Assembly (NCBI GenBank): GCA_963674745.2
Contig: CAXXDV010000001.1
Span: forward strand, 224,001 to 288,000
Origin: Desulfosudaceae bacterium
GTDB lineage: Bacteria > Desulfobacterota > Desulfobacteria > Desulfobacterales > Desulfosudaceae
Length of the DNA: 64,000 nucleotides
Direction: 5' to 3'
Position numbers and translations under genes: made by a program. The notes beneath the pieces were generated by a model. It made no database searches. It was not told the DNA's origin and worked only from the letters and a program-made list of their open reading frames with translations. How positions within the stretch are numbered: position 1 is the first letter of the stretch; the number at the start of each line of letters is the position of its first letter. This document shows positions 30,891 to 44,697 of the stretch, piece after piece.

Positions 30891-31511
30891 TTACGCTTTG
30901 CTGATTTGAACCAGCCCGTTTTTACAACCCGGCACAGCCCCTTTTAACAGAATCAGGTTTTCGTCTTCCCTGATATCAAATATCTCCAGATTTTTCATCG
31001 TCTTACGGACATGGCCATAGCGCCCGGGCATTTTCTTGCCACGAATAACCTTGCTCGGCCAGGCACTGCATCCGATCGACCCCGGCAACCGATGGCAATG
31101 ACCGCCATGTGTTTTCCGTCCGCCGGCGAATCCATGCCTTTTGACAACCCCGGCAAAGCCCCGACCTTTGGACATACCGACCACATTCACTTTATCTCCG
31201 ACGGAAAACAGGCCCGGCGAAACGACCTGGCCGAGGCTGAATTCTCCGATGTCCTCCACCGCAACTTCTCTCAGAAAACGAAATCCCGTAGACCCGCTCT
31301 TGCTGAAATGCCCGGCCATGGGTTTATTCGTCTTGTTGGCCTTTTTCTCCACGAAACCCAGTTGAAGCGCATCATAACCGTCTGTCGCGACCGTTTTGAT
31401 CTGCGTGATCACACACGGACCAGCCTCTACTACCGTAACAGGGACATATCGACCATCGTTTGAAAACATGCCGGTCATTCCCAGTTTTCGTCCTAAAATC
31501 CCTTTGCACAT
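30891..31511 (-). CDS. rplC: 50S ribosomal protein L3
   Basis: GRKLGMT, SKGRGFAGVVKRH, KGAVPG. Confidence 0.98.
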   Translation of the reverse strand: MCKGILGRKLGMTGMFSNDGRYVPVTVVEAGPCVITQIKTVATDGYDALQLGFVEKKANKTNKPMAGHFSKSGSTGFRFLREVAVEDIGEFSLGQVVSPGLFSVGDKVNVVGMSKGRGFAGVVKRHGFAGGRKTHGGHCHRLPGSIGCSAWPSKVIRGKKMPGRYGHVRKTMKNLEIFDIREDENLILLKGAVPGCKNGLVQISKA

Positions 31512-31540
31512 AATCGCAATTCCCTCATCGCGCCATGACG

Positions 31541-31849
31541 CTATAATTTAATCGCCACATCCACACCAGGCGAAAGATCCAGTTTCATCAACGCGTCAAC
31601 CGTCTGCTGGGTCGGTTCCAGAATATCAAGCAGCCGTTTATGCGTCCGCATCTCAAACTGCTCTCGCGACTTCTTGTTCACGTGCGGTGAGCGTAAAACA
31701 CAATATTTGTTGATTCTGGTCGGAAGCGGAATCGGTCCCAAAACTTTCGCCCCGGTCTTCCGGGCGGTATCAACAATATCCAGAGCGGATTGATCCAGCA
31801 GCTTATGATCGTACGCCTTAAGTTTGATTCTGATTTTTGTATTCATCAT
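31541..31849 (-). CDS. rpsJ: 30S ribosomal protein S10
   Basis: [30 protein letters not shown]. Confidence 0.98.
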   Translation of the reverse strand: MMNTKIRIKLKAYDHKLLDQSALDIVDTARKTGAKVLGPIPLPTRINKYCVLRSPHVNKKSREQFEMRTHKRLLDILEPTQQTVDALMKLDLSPGVDVAIKL

Positions 31850-31890
31850 CTTCTTAAAAATTCCAAATCAGCCGTAACGCTGTGGCGAGG

Positions 31891-33084
31891 TTATTCAATA
31901 ATTTCGCTGACGACACCGGCGCCGACCGTACGGCCGCCTTCACGGACCGCGAACCGAAGCTCTTTTTCCATGGCGATCGGTGTAATCAACTCTCCGGTTA
32001 TCGTTACATTATCCCCGGGCATTACCATCTCGACGCCTTCCGGAAGCGTCAGAATACCCGTTACATCCGTTGTCCGGAAATAAAACTGCGGACGGTACCC
32101 GCTGAAAAACGGGGTGTGCCGACCGCCTTCTTCCTTGCTTAATATGTATACTTCCGCCTTGAACTTGGTGTGCGGTGTAATCGATTTGGGCTTGGCCGCA
32201 ACCTGACCACGCTCGACCTCATCCCGCTTGGTTCCGCGCAGCAACAGCCCCACGTTGTCTCCGGCCCGGCCTTCGTCCAGAAGCTTGCGGAACATCTCCA
32301 CGCCCGTGCACACCGTCTTGGCCGTATCACGGATACCCACCAGCTCAACCTCTTCACCGACCTTGATGATGCCGCGCTCGATACGACCGGTAACCACCGT
32401 ACCACGTCCGGAAATACTGAACACGTCCTCGATGGGCATCAGGAAGGGCTTGTCGATATCACGCTCCGGCTCGGGAATATAAGAATCCAGGACTTCCAGC
32501 AGCTCGAATATGCACTTGGCTTCATCGCTGTCCGGATCATCGCTCTCCAGCGCCTTCAACGCGCTGCCCCGGATAATCGGCGTGTCGTCACCGGGAAAAT
32601 CATATTTGTCCAGAAGCTCCCGAAGTTCCAGCTCGACCAGCTCGATCAGTTCCTCGTCATCCACCATGTCGCATTTGTTCAAAAATACCACGATGCTCGG
32701 AACACCAACCTGGCGGGCCAGGAGAATATGCTCACGCGTCTGCGGCATGGGACCGTCATCGGCACCGACCACCAGAATCGCGCCGTCCATCTGAGCGGCA
32801 CCCGTAATCATGTTCTTGATATAGTCCGCGTGACCGGGGCAGTCCACGTGCGCGTAATGCCGTTTGGCTGTTTCATATTCAACATGCGCCGTCGCGATCG
32901 TAATACCACGCTCACGTTCCTCGGGCGCCTTGTCGATCTGATCAAAGGCCACGTACTGCGCCAGGCCCTTCAAACCACTGTGCTTGGTAATGGCCGCCGT
33001 CAGCGTCGTTTTGCCATGGTCGATATGGCCAATCGTACCTACATTCACATGCGGCTTGGTCCGCTCAAATTTTGCTTTTGACAT
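31891..33084 (-). CDS. tuf: Elongation factor Tu (str-operon copy)
   Basis: [30 protein letters not shown]. Confidence 0.99.
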   Translation of the reverse strand: MSKAKFERTKPHVNVGTIGHIDHGKTTLTAAITKHSGLKGLAQYVAFDQIDKAPEERERGITIATAHVEYETAKRHYAHVDCPGHADYIKNMITGAAQMDGAILVVGADDGPMPQTREHILLARQVGVPSIVVFLNKCDMVDDEELIELVELELRELLDKYDFPGDDTPIIRGSALKALESDDPDSDEAKCIFELLEVLDSYIPEPERDIDKPFLMPIEDVFSISGRGTVVTGRIERGIIKVGEEVELVGIRDTAKTVCTGVEMFRKLLDEGRAGDNVGLLLRGTKRDEVERGQVAAKPKSITPHTKFKAEVYILSKEEGGRHTPFFSGYRPQFYFRTTDVTGILTLPEGVEMVMPGDNVTITGELITPIAMEKELRFAVREGGRTVGAGVVSEIIE

Positions 33085-33143
33085 CTTTTCCCCCTTTTAA
33101 TAAGGAACAATCGATATTTATTAATATTCTTATTTTATTAAGT

Positions 33144-33617
<474 letters not shown>

Positions 33618-33686
33618 TCACACCATCATTGTCTGTTAAATAAAATGTCGCATCCTCTGCGACAATTAGTATTTTAATTTATTCAA

Positions 33687-34058
33687 TTATTTAGGCTTCT
33701 TGGCACCGTACTTGGACCGGCCCTGACGCCTGTCATCCACGCCCAGCGTATCTAACGTACCCCGGACGATATGATAACGGACACCCGGAAGGTCCTTTAC
33801 ACGACCGCCCCTGACAAGCACCACCGAGTGCTCCTGCAGGTTGTGCCCCACACCCGGGATATAGGCCGTGACTTCCGTACCCGTCGTCAACCGCACCCTG
33901 GCCACCTTACGCAACGCGGAGTTGGGTTTTTTGGGCGTTGAAGTATAAACTCTAACGCACACCCCTCTTTTCTGAGGAGACCCTTTCAAGGCCGGGGTAG
34001 TCGTCTTCTTACTGACTTTCTTTCTGCCTTTGCGAACCAACTGATTGATTGTCGGCAT
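33687..34058 (-). CDS. rpsL: 30S ribosomal protein S12
   Basis: [29 protein letters not shown]. Confidence 0.99.
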   Translation of the reverse strand: MPTINQLVRKGRKKVSKKTTTPALKGSPQKRGVCVRVYTSTPKKPNSALRKVARVRLTTGTEVTAYIPGVGHNLQEHSVVLVRGGRVKDLPGVRYHIVRGTLDTLGVDDRRQGRSKYGAKKPK

Positions 34059-34201
34059 ATTGTTTTCCTAAGTCTCGTGTTCAATTAATTTATATCAAGG
34101 TCTAAAATTTTTTTATGTTATAGATCGCACTGCCTTCTGTCAAGATTTTTTATGATATAAAACATCTTTTTTTTATCGGCAACACCCGCCCGGCCATATT
34201 A

Positions 34202-37200
34202 TTATCGGGCAACTGCTTCATTGGCCTTCTTTTCCTTCTGATATTCCACGAATCCGGTTCCGGCCGGGATCAATCTGCCCATGACCAGGTTTTCCTTCAA
34301 GCCCCTTAAATTATCAACTTTTCCGGCGATACTGGCATCCGTCAGGACCTTAGTGGTTTCCTGGAATGAGGCCGCCGAGATGAAGCTGTCCGTCGCCAGG
34401 GAGGCCTTGGTAATACCGAGAATCAACGGTTCACCGACAGCCGGCCGACCGCCTTTTTCAACCGCCTCCCGGTTGGCTTCCTCGAATCTGATCTTATCCA
34501 CCTGTTCGTCGGTGATAAATTCCGTATCACCGGTTTGCTTGATTTTAATCCGGCGCATCATCTGGCGGACAATCACTTCGATGTGCTTGTCGTTGATCGA
34601 AACACCCTGCAACCGGTAAACCTCCTGGACTTCGTTCACCAGGTACCTTGCCAGTTCAACATCGCCCTTGATGCTCAGAACGTCCTGGGGATTGGCGGAT
34701 CCGGCCACGATCTCTTCGCCGGCTTTGATATAATCACCGTCATACAGGTTGATATGCTTGCCCCGGGGGATGAGATATTCTCTGGGCTCTCCGCCGTCAA
34801 TCGGTGTCACCGTCACCTTCTGCTTGCCCTTTTTCGTGGCTGCCCTGGCAATGGTGACATAACCGTTAATTTCGCTTAAGACCGCCGGTTCCTTGGGCTT
34901 CCGGACTTCGAAAAGCTCGGCCACACGCGGCAGACCACCGGTGATATCCTTGGTTTTGGTTGTCGACCGCGGCAGCTTGGCGATTACATCACCGGCCCGG
35001 ATTTCATCGTTCTCTTCAACCAGGATAACCGCGTCAACCGGCAGGGGATAACGGGAGAACCCTTTACCACCCGGCAAGGCCGCGGTTTTCCCATCTTTGT
35101 CCTTGATGGAAATTCTGGGTCGCACGTCATGGGCTTTACTGTCGACAATGGTACGGCTGGATTTTCCGGTTACCGGGTCAACCAGTTCCTGCATGGTTTT
35201 ACCGATAAGGATATCGCCGAACTTGACCACACCGCCGATTTCCGCGACAATCGGCGTCGTAAAAGGATCCCAGGTGGCCAGCAGGTCACCGGCTTTGATA
35301 CTTTCGCCTTCCTTGACGGTAACGGTAGCGCCGTAAATGACCGGACATTTTTCAACCTCTTTTCCGGACTTGCTCATAATGGTAAACTCACCGCCCCGGC
35401 GATCCATGACAACATTCTGGTTGTCAGCGTTCATAACCAGGTTGAGAGCGCCGAAACTGACGACGCCGTCCACGCGGGCCCTGATTTCGGCCTGGGCCAC
35501 CTTCCGGCTGGCCGCGCCGCCGATATGAAACGTCCGCATGGTCAGCTGGGTACCGGGCTCACCGATGGACTGGGCAGCCAGAATACCGACCGCCTGGCCC
35601 AGTTCGATCAGCTTGCCGTGGGCAAAATCCCGGCCATAACACTTGGCACAGATGCCTTTTCTGCTCTTACAGGTCAATACCGACCGGATCCTGATCTTGG
35701 TAATACCCGAATTCTGAATGGCATCCACGTGCTGCTCGGTGATTTCTTCACCCTGATGAACGATCAGTTCATCGGTAAAAGGATCGGAAATATCTTCCGT
35801 CGCGATACGGCCGAGGACCCGGTCAACCAGCCGCTCAATGACCTCGCCGCCTTCCACCAGGGACTCCACTTCAACCCCCATAATGGTGCCGCAGTCTTCT
35901 TCTTCAATCACGCAATCCTGGGCCACGTCCGCCAGTTTTCTGGTCAGATACCCGGAGTTGGCCGTTTTAAGCGCCGTATCCGCCAACCCTTTCCGTGCAC
36001 CGTGGGTCGAGATAAAATACTGCAGAACGCTCAGCCCCTCCCGGAAGTTGGCCGTAATCGGGGTTTCGATAATCTCGCCCGAAGGTTTGGCCATCAGCCC
36101 GCGCATACCCGCCAGCTGACGCATCTGGTCCTTACTGCCCCGGGCGCCGGAATCGGCCATGATGTAAATGGGGTTAAAACGGTTTTGTACACCTTCTTCT
36201 TCGGACGCCCGACCGGCATACCCGGATGTCTTCATGGCTTCCATCATCTCGTTGGCAATGTCATCGGTGGCTTTTGACCAGATATCAACCGCCTTGTTGT
36301 ATTTTTCACCGGCCGTAATCAGACCATCCCGGTACTGGGCGGCGATTTCATCGACTTTCGCTTCAGCTTCCCTGAGGATGGTCACCTTCTTTTCCGGAAC
36401 CACCATGGCGTCAATGGAAATGGAAAGCCCGCCGGCGGTTGAATATTTATAACCGACATCTTTGAGCCGGTCGGCAAAAATGACCGTGGCTTTTACACCG
36501 ATATTTCTGTAAGCGCAATCGACCAGCTCCCGGACCGCTTTTTTCCCCAGGGGCTTATTGACCAGCTCAAAAGGCACTTCGCTCCGCTGGCCTTCCATCA
36601 GGAACAACCGGTAACCGTGCCTGTCTTGTATCACGTCACTGCATTCACCCGGTTTGAGGGAGAACAGATACTCGGCATCGGTCTGGCTGATACCATAATT
36701 ATCTTCCAGAAGATACTGCCGCATGGACAGCTCCCTGACCTTGTCGCTGTCCTCGTGTTTTTCGGCCACCTCGTCAAAGGGCCGCCCTTTTTTGATTTCG
36801 GACAGTCCGGCATTGACATCTTTTTTCGTGGAAGCATGGAACGTACGGAAAACCGGGATATAATCCTGCGGGATAATTTCCCACAAAAACACCCGCCCCA
36901 CGGATGTGTCATAACGTTTACCATTAATACGAACCGTAATGGCCGCGTGCAGATCCACCTTGCCGGCGTCATAAGCCGCAATGACCTCTTCCGGGCCTGA
37001 AAAAATACCGCCCTGGCCCCTGGCACCTTCAAAAATAATCGTCATGTAATACAGGCCCAATACGATATCCTGGGTGGGGACGATAATCGGACTGCCGTTG
37101 GCCGGGGACAGAATATTATTGGATGACAGCATCAGCACCCGGGCTTCAATCTGCGCTTCGACCGAAAGCGGCACATGAACCGCCATCTGGTCACCGTCAA

Positions 37201-38581
37201 AATCGGCGTTAAAGGCCGTACATACCAACGGATGCAGCTGAATGGCCTTACCCTCGATTAAAACCGGTTCAAAGGCCTGGATACCCAGCCGGTGAAGTGT
37301 CGGCGCCCGGTTTAACATAACCGGATATTCTTTAACAACCTCTTCGAGGGTATCCCACACCTCGGGTGTTTCCCGCTCAACCATTTTCTTGGCGCTTTTG
37401 ACAGTCGAGACATAACCTTTCTGTTCCAACCGGTAATAAATAAACGGTTTGAACAACTCCAGGGCCATCTGCTTGGGCAGACCGCATTGATGGAGCCTCA
37501 GGTTGGGCCCGATGGTAATAACCGTACGACCGGAATAGTCGACACGTTTTCCCAGCAGGTTCTGACGGAAACGGCCCTGTTTACCCTTGAGGGTGTCGGT
37601 CAACGATTTCAACGGCCGTTTGTTGCTGCCGGTGACGGCCCTGCCATGGCGGCCGTTGTCAAACAGCACATCAACCGCTTCCTGCAGCATGCGTTTCTCA
37701 TTGCGCAGGATGATTTCCGGCGCCTTCAACTCGATCAGGCGTTTTAACCGGTTGTTGCGGTTGATCACCCGCCGGTAAAGGTCGTTCAGATCGGAAGTGG
37801 CAAACCGGCCGCCCTCCAGCGGGACCAGCGGTCTTAAGTCCGGCGGCAGCACCGGTATGACATCCATGATCATCCAGGCCGGTGATATTCTGCTTTTCCG
37901 GAAAGCGTCAACGATCTTCAACCGCTTGGACAGTTTTTTGCGCTTGGTCTCAACCGTGGTGGTCTCCAGGTCGGCCCGCAATTCCGCGCTCATGGCTTCA
38001 ATATCGCACCGGGAGAGCAGCTCACGAACCGCTTCGGCGCCCATGTCGGCCACAAAATTTGCGCCGTATTTTTCACGCGCTTCCTGGTACTCCTCTTCGG
38101 ACAGAATCTGCTGATAGCCCAGATCTGTCTCCTTGGGATCGGTCACGATATAGCTGTCGAAGTAAAGAACGCTTTCCAGCTCTTTCTGTGTCAGGTCCAG
38201 CACATTACCGATTTTCGTGGGCAGACTTTTCAAAAACCAGATATGAGAAACCGGTGTCGCCAGCTTGATATGCGCCATTCTTTCCCGCCGCACTTTTGAC
38301 TGAATCACTTCGACGCCGCATTTTTCACAAGTAACCCCACGGTGCTTCATGCGTTTGTATTTGCCGCAATTACACTCAAAATCCTTGATCGGACCGAATA
38401 TCTTGGCGCAGAACAACCCGTCCCGTTCCGGCCGGAAGGTCCTGTAATTAATCGTTTCAGGCTTGGTAATTTCCCCGAAAGACCAGTGCAGGATCTGTTC
38501 CGATGATGCCAGACCGATTTTGATACCTGAAAATGATTTGGGATTAACAGGTTTTGCAAAGAAATCGTATACCGTTTCCAA
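34202..38581 (-). CDS. rpoC: RNA polymerase beta' subunit with a 95-aa insertion at 36581-36865
   Basis: NADFDGDQM active site, Zn-ribbon cysteines, [24 protein letters not shown]. Confidence 0.99.
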   Translation of the reverse strand: METVYDFFAKPVNPKSFSGIKIGLASSEQILHWSFGEITKPETINYRTFRPERDGLFCAKIFGPIKDFECNCGKYKRMKHRGVTCEKCGVEVIQSKVRRERMAHIKLATPVSHIWFLKSLPTKIGNVLDLTQKELESVLYFDSYIVTDPKETDLGYQQILSEEEYQEAREKYGANFVADMGAEAVRELLSRCDIEAMSAELRADLETTTVETKRKKLSKRLKIVDAFRKSRISPAWMIMDVIPVLPPDLRPLVPLEGGRFATSDLNDLYRRVINRNNRLKRLIELKAPEIILRNEKRMLQEAVDVLFDNGRHGRAVTGSNKRPLKSLTDTLKGKQGRFRQNLLGKRVDYSGRTVITIGPNLRLHQCGLPKQMALELFKPFIYYRLEQKGYVSTVKSAKKMVERETPEVWDTLEEVVKEYPVMLNRAPTLHRLGIQAFEPVLIEGKAIQLHPLVCTAFNADFDGDQMAVHVPLSVEAQIEARVLMLSSNNILSPANGSPIIVPTQDIVLGLYYMTIIFEGARGQGGIFSGPEEVIAAYDAGKVDLHAAITVRINGKRYDTSVGRVFLWEIIPQDYIPVFRTFHASTKKDVNAGLSEIKKGRPFDEVAEKHEDSDKVRELSMRQYLLEDNYGISQTDAEYLFSLKPGECSDVIQDRHGYRLFLMEGQRSEVPFELVNKPLGKKAVRELVDCAYRNIGVKATVIFADRLKDVGYKYSTAGGLSISIDAMVVPEKKVTILREAEAKVDEIAAQYRDGLITAGEKYNKAVDIWSKATDDIANEMMEAMKTSGYAGRASEEEGVQNRFNPIYIMADSGARGSKDQMRQLAGMRGLMAKPSGEIIETPITANFREGLSVLQYFISTHGARKGLADTALKTANSGYLTRKLADVAQDCVIEEEDCGTIMGVEVESLVEGGEVIERLVDRVLGRIATEDISDPFTDELIVHQGEEITEQHVDAIQNSGITKIRIRSVLTCKSRKGICAKCYGRDFAHGKLIELGQAVGILAAQSIGEPGTQLTMRTFHIGGAASRKVAQAEIRARVDGVVSFGALNLVMNADNQNVVMDRRGGEFTIMSKSGKEVEKCPVIYGATVTVKEGESIKAGDLLATWDPFTTPIVAEIGGVVKFGDILIGKTMQELVDPVTGKSSRTIVDSKAHDVRPRISIKDKDGKTAALPGGKGFSRYPLPVDAVILVEENDEIRAGDVIAKLPRSTTKTKDITGGLPRVAELFEVRKPKEPAVLSEINGYVTIARAATKKGKQKVTVTPIDGGEPREYLIPRGKHINLYDGDYIKAGEEIVAGSANPQDVLSIKGDVELARYLVNEVQEVYRLQGVSINDKHIEVIVRQMMRRIKIKQTGDTEFITDEQVDKIRFEEANREAVEKGGRPAVGEPLILGITKASLATDSFISAASFQETTKVLTDASIAGKVDNLRGLKENLVMGRLIPAGTGFVEYQKEKKANEAVAR

Positions 38582-38584
38582 GAG

Positions 38585-41500
38585 CTACTCCTTACTGTTT
38601 TTCTCAATTAATTTAACGTCCAGCCCCAGCCCTTTCATTTCTTTCATCAACACTTTGAAAGACTCGGGAAGACCGGGGTCAAGGACATTCTGCCCCTTGA
38701 CAATTTTTTCATACATACGGGTACGCCCCGCGATGTCGTCGGATTTAACGGTCAGAAACTCCTGCAGGCCGTAAGCCGCGCCATATGCCTCCATGGCCCA
38801 GACCTCCATTTCACCGAGCCGCTGCCCGCCGAACTGAGCTTTACCGCCCAGGGGTTGCTGGGTAACCAGGGAATAGGGCCCGATTGATCTGGCATGCAGT
38901 TTATCATCAACCAGATGATGCAGCTTGAGCATATACATGGTACCCACCGTAATTTCCTGGTCGAAAGGCTCTCCGCTTCTGCCGTCATACAGTAATGCCT
39001 GACCGGTTTCAGCGACACCACCCTCCTTGAGCAGCTCTTTAATTTCCGCTTCTTTGGCGCCGTCGAACACGGGTGTTTCCATATGCACGCCCAGCCGGTA
39101 CTGTTTCGCAAACTCACACAGATGCGGATCATCCATTTTGTCAATGGCAGAGGGAGAAATGTCTTTAGCGCTGAATATGGCTTTTATTTTTTTCTTTAAC
39201 GCCTTGTAATTCTGCTCGGCGAGCAATTGTTCAATCTGGTATCCCAGGGCCCGGGCAGCCCGTCCCAGATGGATCTCAAGAATCTGACCGACATTCATAC
39301 GGGAAGGAACACCCAGGGGGTTCAAGACCATATCGACCGGCGTGCCGTCCGCGAAGTAGGGCAGATCTTCCTGGGGAAGAATTCTGGAGACAACACCCTT
39401 GTTGCCGTGTCGGCCGGCCATTTTATCCCCGGTTGACAGGACCCGCTTCATGGCCACATAGACCTTGACCATCTTGAACACACCCGGCGGCAGTTCTTCG
39501 CCCACACCGTAACGGTTCACGGCGTTTTCATATTTTTCCCGGCAGGCCTCTTTCTGCTCCCGGCACCATTCAAAAATGGCATAGGCCTTTTCGGCCACCG
39601 TCTCGGATTCAAAAGCGATTTTCTCAAGTTGTGAAAACGTCAGGGACTGCAAAGCATCAAGGGACATTTTGTCACCTTTGTCAAGCAGTGTCTTTTTCCC
39701 TTTTTTGATGGGTGCGGCACATTTTGCGCCATTGGCCAGCTTTTCAAATTCAGAACGGGTGATTTCTTCAATAACCGATATCTCATCATCCCGGTTCCGC
39801 TTGAAAACGGCAATTTCCTCATCCTCAATGGTCCTGGTGCGATCGTCTTTTTCAACACCCCGGCGGGTAAACACCTTGGCGTCTATAACCGTGCCGTTTA
39901 CGCCCGGCGGCACACGCAACGAGGTGTCCTTGACGTTACCACCTTTTTCACCAAAGATGGCCCGCAACAGTTTTTCTTCCGGTGACAGCTGGGTTTCGCC
40001 CTTGGGGGTGATCTTGCCGACCAGGATATCGCCGGGTTTGACTTGCGCACCGGCGCGGATGATACCGCTTTCATCCAGGTCACTCAATCTTTCCTCGCCC
40101 ACGTTTGGAATATCGCAGGTAATTTCTTCCTTACCCAGCTTGATATCCCTGGCGACGACCTCGAATTCCTCAATGTGAATCGAGGTAAACACACCATCCC
40201 GGACCAGGGTTTCGCCGACCAGGATCGAATCCTCAAAGTTGTACCCGCCCCAGGGCATAAAGGCCACCGTGACATTTTTTCCCAGTGCCAGGTCGCCTTT
40301 TTCCGTAGCCGGGCCATCGGCAATGACATCACCGGCTTGAACCACCTGACCTTTTTTTACGATCGGCCGCTGGTTAAAACAGGTGTTCTGATTGGAACGG
40401 ATAAATTTTGACAAATTATAAATGGTGACCGGCCCGGAATCTTTTTTACTTCCTTCCACTTCATGCCGGACGACAATCCGTGAGGCGTCCACATCCGTTA
40501 CCAGCCCGCCCCGCTTGACGACAATGGCGGCCCCGGAGTCCCTGGCCACGATTTTCTCCATGCCGGTGCCGATCAGCGGCGCGCTGGGATTGGCCACCGG
40601 TACCGCCTGGCGCTGCATGTTCGACCCCATCAGCGCCCGGTTGGCGTCATCATGCTCCAGAAAAGGAATCAGAGAGGTGGAGACACTCACCAGCTGAATG
40701 GGCGACACATCCATCAATTCAATATCCTCGGCGTTGACCAGAGAGAACTCGCCATCCACCCGGGAGATAACAACCGGATTGACGTAATGACCTTTCTCGT
40801 CTACAGGCGCATTGGCCTGGGCAATCGGATGATGGCCCTCTTCAAAAGCGGAAAGGGTTCTAAGCTCTTTGGTCACCGTGGAATCCTCGACCACACGATA
40901 CGGCGTTTCTATGAATCCGTAGTTGTTTACCTTGGCGTAAGCGCTGAGCGAAACGATCAAACCGATGTTCGGTCCTTCCGGCGTTTCAATGGGGCAGATC
41001 CGGCCGTAATGAGAGGGATGCACGTCCCTGACTTCAAACCCGGCCCGTTCACGGGTCAGCCCACCCGGACCGAGGGCGCTCAACCGCCGTTTGTGAGTGG
41101 TTTCCGAAAGGGGATTGGTCTGATCGAGAAACTGGGACAGCTGGCTGGTTCCGAAAAACTCCCGGACAACCGCTGAAACCGGCTTGGGATTGACCAGGTC
41201 ATGGGGCATCAGCACATCCACTTCCTGGAGGCTCATGCGTTCCTTGATGGCCCGTTCCATACGGATAAGCCCGATGCGGTACTGGTTTTCAAGCAGCTCG
41301 CCGACGGCACGCACCCGCCTGTTGCCCAGATGGTCGATATCATCGACCTGGCCCTGGACATTTTTCAGATCGATCAGCGTCTTTACCGCCAGGAGCAGGT
41401 CTTCTTTTCTCAATGTCGGCAAATCCACCCGGGCGTCTATGCCCAGACGATGATTCAGCTTCAACCGACCGACCGAGGAAAGATCATAATAGTCCGGTTT

Positions 41501-42694
41501 AAAAAACAAGTGATCAACGAAATCCTGGGCCACTTCAGGGGTGGCCGGATTCCCGGGACGCAGACGTTTGTAAATGTCGATCAGGGCGTCCTCGCGGGTT
41601 TCCACCTTGTCCAGCAGCAGGGTTTTAATAATGGAATCGGTGTGAATCGTTTCGTCGACAAACAGAATTTCAAAGGTGTCAATACCCGCGTCACGCATGG
41701 TATCAATCAGTTCTTCGGTCACAAAGTCACCGGCGTCGGCTAACATTTCACCGCTTTCAGGCGCATAAACCGTAACGCCGCACACTTTGCCGACAACATC
41801 TTCAAGGTTAATGGGTATCATATCGATACCGGCGGATTTGATGGCCCGCATCACCCGTGTACTGAACACCCGCCCTTTATCAACAATAATATCACCGGTT
41901 TCCGGATTTTTCAGGCGGGTCGACGCGCGCTGGCCCCGCAGCGCCTCTTCATTAAGCTGCTTGAAGATTTTCCTGCCTTTCAGGAAAACCTGTTCATTGG
42001 TATAAAAATAGTCCAGGATATCCTTGCGGCTGTAGCCCAGCGCTTTGAACAGGATGGTGGCCGGAAATTTCCGCCGCCGATCGATGCGCAGATAAACCAC
42101 ATCCTTGGGGTCAATCTCCATGTCGATCCATGAGCCTCTAACCGGAATGATACGGGCGCTGTAAATCACCCGGCCGCTGGAATAGGTTTTTCCCTGGTCG
42201 TGGCTGAAGAAAATACCGGATGAACGGTGCAACTGGCTGACCACCGCCCGCTCAGTGCCATTGATAATAAACGTGCCGTTATCCGTCATCAGGGGTATCG
42301 CGCCGAAGTAAATCTCCTGCTCCTTGATGTCCCGGATACTGGACGTCCCGGTTTCCGCTTCGACGTCATAAACAACCAGCCTGGCCCTGATTCGCACCGG
42401 TACCTCGTAGGTCATCCCTCGCTGGACACACTCTGAAACAGAATGTTTGACGGCACCAAAAGAATAGGCCACAAATTCCAGGGAAGCGCTTTCTGTAAAA
42501 TCCTTGATCGGAAAAACAGAATTAAAAATCGCCTGCAAACCGATATTCTCGCGATCTTCCGGTAACTTATCCAGCTGCAGAAAACGACTGTAGGACTCCT
42601 TCTGCATACCGATAAGATCCGGGATCTCCGCAATTCTCTCAAGCTTGCCAAAATTTTTTCTAACGCGCTTGCCGATGATTGATTCGCCTGACAT
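38585..42694 (-). CDS. rpoB: RNA polymerase beta subunit
   Basis: [32 protein letters not shown]. Confidence 0.99.
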   Translation of the reverse strand: MSGESIIGKRVRKNFGKLERIAEIPDLIGMQKESYSRFLQLDKLPEDRENIGLQAIFNSVFPIKDFTESASLEFVAYSFGAVKHSVSECVQRGMTYEVPVRIRARLVVYDVEAETGTSSIRDIKEQEIYFGAIPLMTDNGTFIINGTERAVVSQLHRSSGIFFSHDQGKTYSSGRVIYSARIIPVRGSWIDMEIDPKDVVYLRIDRRRKFPATILFKALGYSRKDILDYFYTNEQVFLKGRKIFKQLNEEALRGQRASTRLKNPETGDIIVDKGRVFSTRVMRAIKSAGIDMIPINLEDVVGKVCGVTVYAPESGEMLADAGDFVTEELIDTMRDAGIDTFEILFVDETIHTDSIIKTLLLDKVETREDALIDIYKRLRPGNPATPEVAQDFVDHLFFKPDYYDLSSVGRLKLNHRLGIDARVDLPTLRKEDLLLAVKTLIDLKNVQGQVDDIDHLGNRRVRAVGELLENQYRIGLIRMERAIKERMSLQEVDVLMPHDLVNPKPVSAVVREFFGTSQLSQFLDQTNPLSETTHKRRLSALGPGGLTRERAGFEVRDVHPSHYGRICPIETPEGPNIGLIVSLSAYAKVNNYGFIETPYRVVEDSTVTKELRTLSAFEEGHHPIAQANAPVDEKGHYVNPVVISRVDGEFSLVNAEDIELMDVSPIQLVSVSTSLIPFLEHDDANRALMGSNMQRQAVPVANPSAPLIGTGMEKIVARDSGAAIVVKRGGLVTDVDASRIVVRHEVEGSKKDSGPVTIYNLSKFIRSNQNTCFNQRPIVKKGQVVQAGDVIADGPATEKGDLALGKNVTVAFMPWGGYNFEDSILVGETLVRDGVFTSIHIEEFEVVARDIKLGKEEITCDIPNVGEERLSDLDESGIIRAGAQVKPGDILVGKITPKGETQLSPEEKLLRAIFGEKGGNVKDTSLRVPPGVNGTVIDAKVFTRRGVEKDDRTRTIEDEEIAVFKRNRDDEISVIEEITRSEFEKLANGAKCAAPIKKGKKTLLDKGDKMSLDALQSLTFSQLEKIAFESETVAEKAYAIFEWCREQKEACREKYENAVNRYGVGEELPPGVFKMVKVYVAMKRVLSTGDKMAGRHGNKGVVSRILPQEDLPYFADGTPVDMVLNPLGVPSRMNVGQILEIHLGRAARALGYQIEQLLAEQNYKALKKKIKAIFSAKDISPSAIDKMDDPHLCEFAKQYRLGVHMETPVFDGAKEAEIKELLKEGGVAETGQALLYDGRSGEPFDQEITVGTMYMLKLHHLVDDKLHARSIGPYSLVTQQPLGGKAQFGGQRLGEMEVWAMEAYGAAYGLQEFLTVKSDDIAGRTRMYEKIVKGQNVLDPGLPESFKVLMKEMKGLGLDVKLIEKNSKE

Positions 42695-42783
42695 GGCATC
42701 TCCGATAATGTTGTTTTAAGAAACAAAAACGCCCTTCACCGAACGGTCGTTTTTGTACTTTTGCTGATATTTTTTCCAATCCC

Positions 42784-42824
42784 AAAAAAAGAAATTACCC
42801 CCGACTTGACAGACGGGGGATTTC
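42784..42824 (-). terminator. Intrinsic terminator/attenuator between rplL and rpoB
   Basis: Minus strand gaaatCCCCCG...CGGGGGtaatttc followed by a T run. Confidence 0.65.
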
Positions 42825-42852
42825 CTGAGCCTGAATCGTCAACCAGCGCGGT

Positions 42853-43236
42853 TTATTTCAGTTCAACCTGTGCGCCGGCGCCTTCCAGCTGTGCTTTTAC
42901 TTTTTCAGCTTCGTCTTTTGCGATTCCTTCTTTGACGGCTTTTGGTGCTTCTTCAACCAGGGCCTTGGCTTCCTTGAGCCCCAGCCCGGTAATGGCCCGT
43001 ACTTCCTTGATGACCTGAATCTTCTGGTCACCAACAACGGTCAGCACGACATCAAATTCTGTCTTTTCTTCGGCCGCACCGGCATCACCGGCGGCAGGCA
43101 TGGCGCCGACCATGGCCACCGGGGCCGCGGCAGAGACGCCGAATTTTTCTTCAAGTTCGGAAACAAGCTCGGAAAGTTCGAGCACCGACATGTTTGCAAT
43201 AAAATCAATTACATCTTGTTTGGTTACTTCAGCCAT
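42853..43236 (-). CDS. rplL: 50S ribosomal protein L7/L12
   Basis: [29 protein letters not shown]; start at MAEVTK. Confidence 0.98.
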   Translation of the reverse strand: MAEVTKQDVIDFIANMSVLELSELVSELEEKFGVSAAAPVAMVGAMPAAGDAGAAEEKTEFDVVLTVVGDQKIQVIKEVRAITGLGLKEAKALVEEAPKAVKEGIAKDEAEKVKAQLEGAGAQVELK

Positions 43237-43273
43237 TGATAAATCCTCCACACAATATATCTATATTTTTTCG

Positions 43274-43810
43274 TTAAGCCGCTTCTTTTTTGTCTTTAAT
43301 CGCGGATAAAACATTCACCAACTGCCCGGGAACGGCATTCAATACCCTGACCAGGGCGGTCGGTACACCAATAAGCACGGAAAGCAACTGCGAGAGTAAC
43401 TCTTCGCGGGAAGGCAGTTTCGAAAGCGCCACGATATTCTCCGGGGTCAACAGACTGCCGTTCATCGCGCCGGCTTTGATTTCCATTTTATCATTGCCCT
43501 TGGCGAACTCGGCCAGAATCTTGGCAGGCGCCACGGGATCATCATAACTGAAAACAACCGCCGTCGGACCTTTGTAATAGTCACCGACAACAGCCGTATC
43601 CGTATTTTCCGAGGCTCTTCGAAGAACCGTGTTTTTGACGACCCGGTATTCGGCTCCCGCTTCCTTTAGCTTGCCGCGCAGTTCATTAACGGATTCAACT
43701 GTAATTCCTTTATAATCCGCGAGAATGACAATGACAGCCTGCTGCATTTTTTCGTGCAGTTCTTCAACCTGCGCTTTTTTTTGATCAAGAGTCAGCAAAG
43801 TGAACAACAC
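43274..43810 (-). CDS. rplJ: 50S ribosomal protein L10
   Basis: DYKGITV, VVKNTV, GPTA, LPSREELL. Confidence 0.97.
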   Translation of the reverse strand: MLFTLLTLDQKKAQVEELHEKMQQAVIVILADYKGITVESVNELRGKLKEAGAEYRVVKNTVLRRASENTDTAVVGDYYKGPTAVVFSYDDPVAPAKILAEFAKGNDKMEIKAGAMNGSLLTPENIVALSKLPSREELLSQLLSVLIGVPTALVRVLNAVPGQLVNVLSAIKDKKEAA

Positions 43811-43869
43811 CTCCTTTCTTTTTGTACAAAAACCGGAGGCATCAACCCGAAGTTGTCATCAATGGGGTT

Positions 43870-43945
43870 TACTGTCTCGGCAGGCAGGTAATCATACCCA
43901 ATTAAGCATACACGAAATCTGCGCCCGCGGTCTTTGACAGAATTA
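43870..43945 (-). promoter_or_regulatory. Putative L10 leader (autogenous control RNA)
   Basis: Minus strand ctgtcaaagaccgcggg...ttaa...cctgccgagacag closes a stem between rplA and rplJ, in the expected place. Confidence 0.65.
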
Positions 43946-43973
43946 TTTAAAATTCTTTAACAGTCTAATATCG

Positions 43974-44678
43974 TTACAGGATCAATTCCTTGACCTGATT
44001 GGTATCCAGTTTAACACCCGGTCCCATGGTAGTGGAGATCGACAGGGCCTTCATATAGGTCCCTTTACTGGCGACCGGTTTTAAAGCGACAATCGTTTTC
44101 AAAAAAGCAGCCAGGTTGTCCTTTAACTTATCTACGCCAAAGGAGACTTTGCCGACCGTCGTATGAACAATCCCCCCCTTTTCGACGCGAAAATCAATTT
44201 TTCCGGCCTTCAACTCGTTGATCGCCCTGGCAAGATCAAAGGTAACCGTGCCGGTTTTCGCGTTCGGCATCAGCCCTCTGGGCCCGAGCAGCTTTCCGAT
44301 TTTCCCGACCGAGCCCATCATGTCAGGCGTCGCCACGGCCTTGTCAAAGTCAAACCAGCCGCCCTTGATGTCTTCAATCAGATCATCGTTGCCGACAAAC
44401 TCGGCGCCGGCATCCAGCGCTTCCTTTTCTTTTTCACCTTTGGCGAAAACAAGCACCCGGACTTCTTTACCGATTCCGTGGGGCAGAACAACCGATCCAC
44501 GCACCATCTGATCGGCATGCCGAGGGTCAACACCCAGGTTAATGGCCACGTCAAGGCTCTCATCAAAGCCGGCATAAACCGAATCAATGGCCAGTTGGAT
44601 ACCTTCAACAATGTCATATCTTTTGCCCGGCTCCGCCTTCCCGGCGGCCGCTACATACTTTTTTCCTCTTTTCGGCAT
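43974..44678 (-). CDS. rplA: 50S ribosomal protein L1
   Basis: [35 protein letters not shown]. Confidence 0.98.
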   Translation of the reverse strand: MPKRGKKYVAAAGKAEPGKRYDIVEGIQLAIDSVYAGFDESLDVAINLGVDPRHADQMVRGSVVLPHGIGKEVRVLVFAKGEKEKEALDAGAEFVGNDDLIEDIKGGWFDFDKAVATPDMMGSVGKIGKLLGPRGLMPNAKTGTVTFDLARAINELKAGKIDFRVEKGGIVHTTVGKVSFGVDKLKDNLAAFLKTIVALKPVASKGTYMKALSISTTMGPGVKLDTNQVKELIL

Positions 44679-44697
44679 TTTCTTTACCCTCTACTTT

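Noticed and set aside
36581..36865. Intein in RpoC
   Set aside because: No N-terminal Cys/Ser block, no C-terminal His-Asn followed by Cys/Ser/Thr, and too short.
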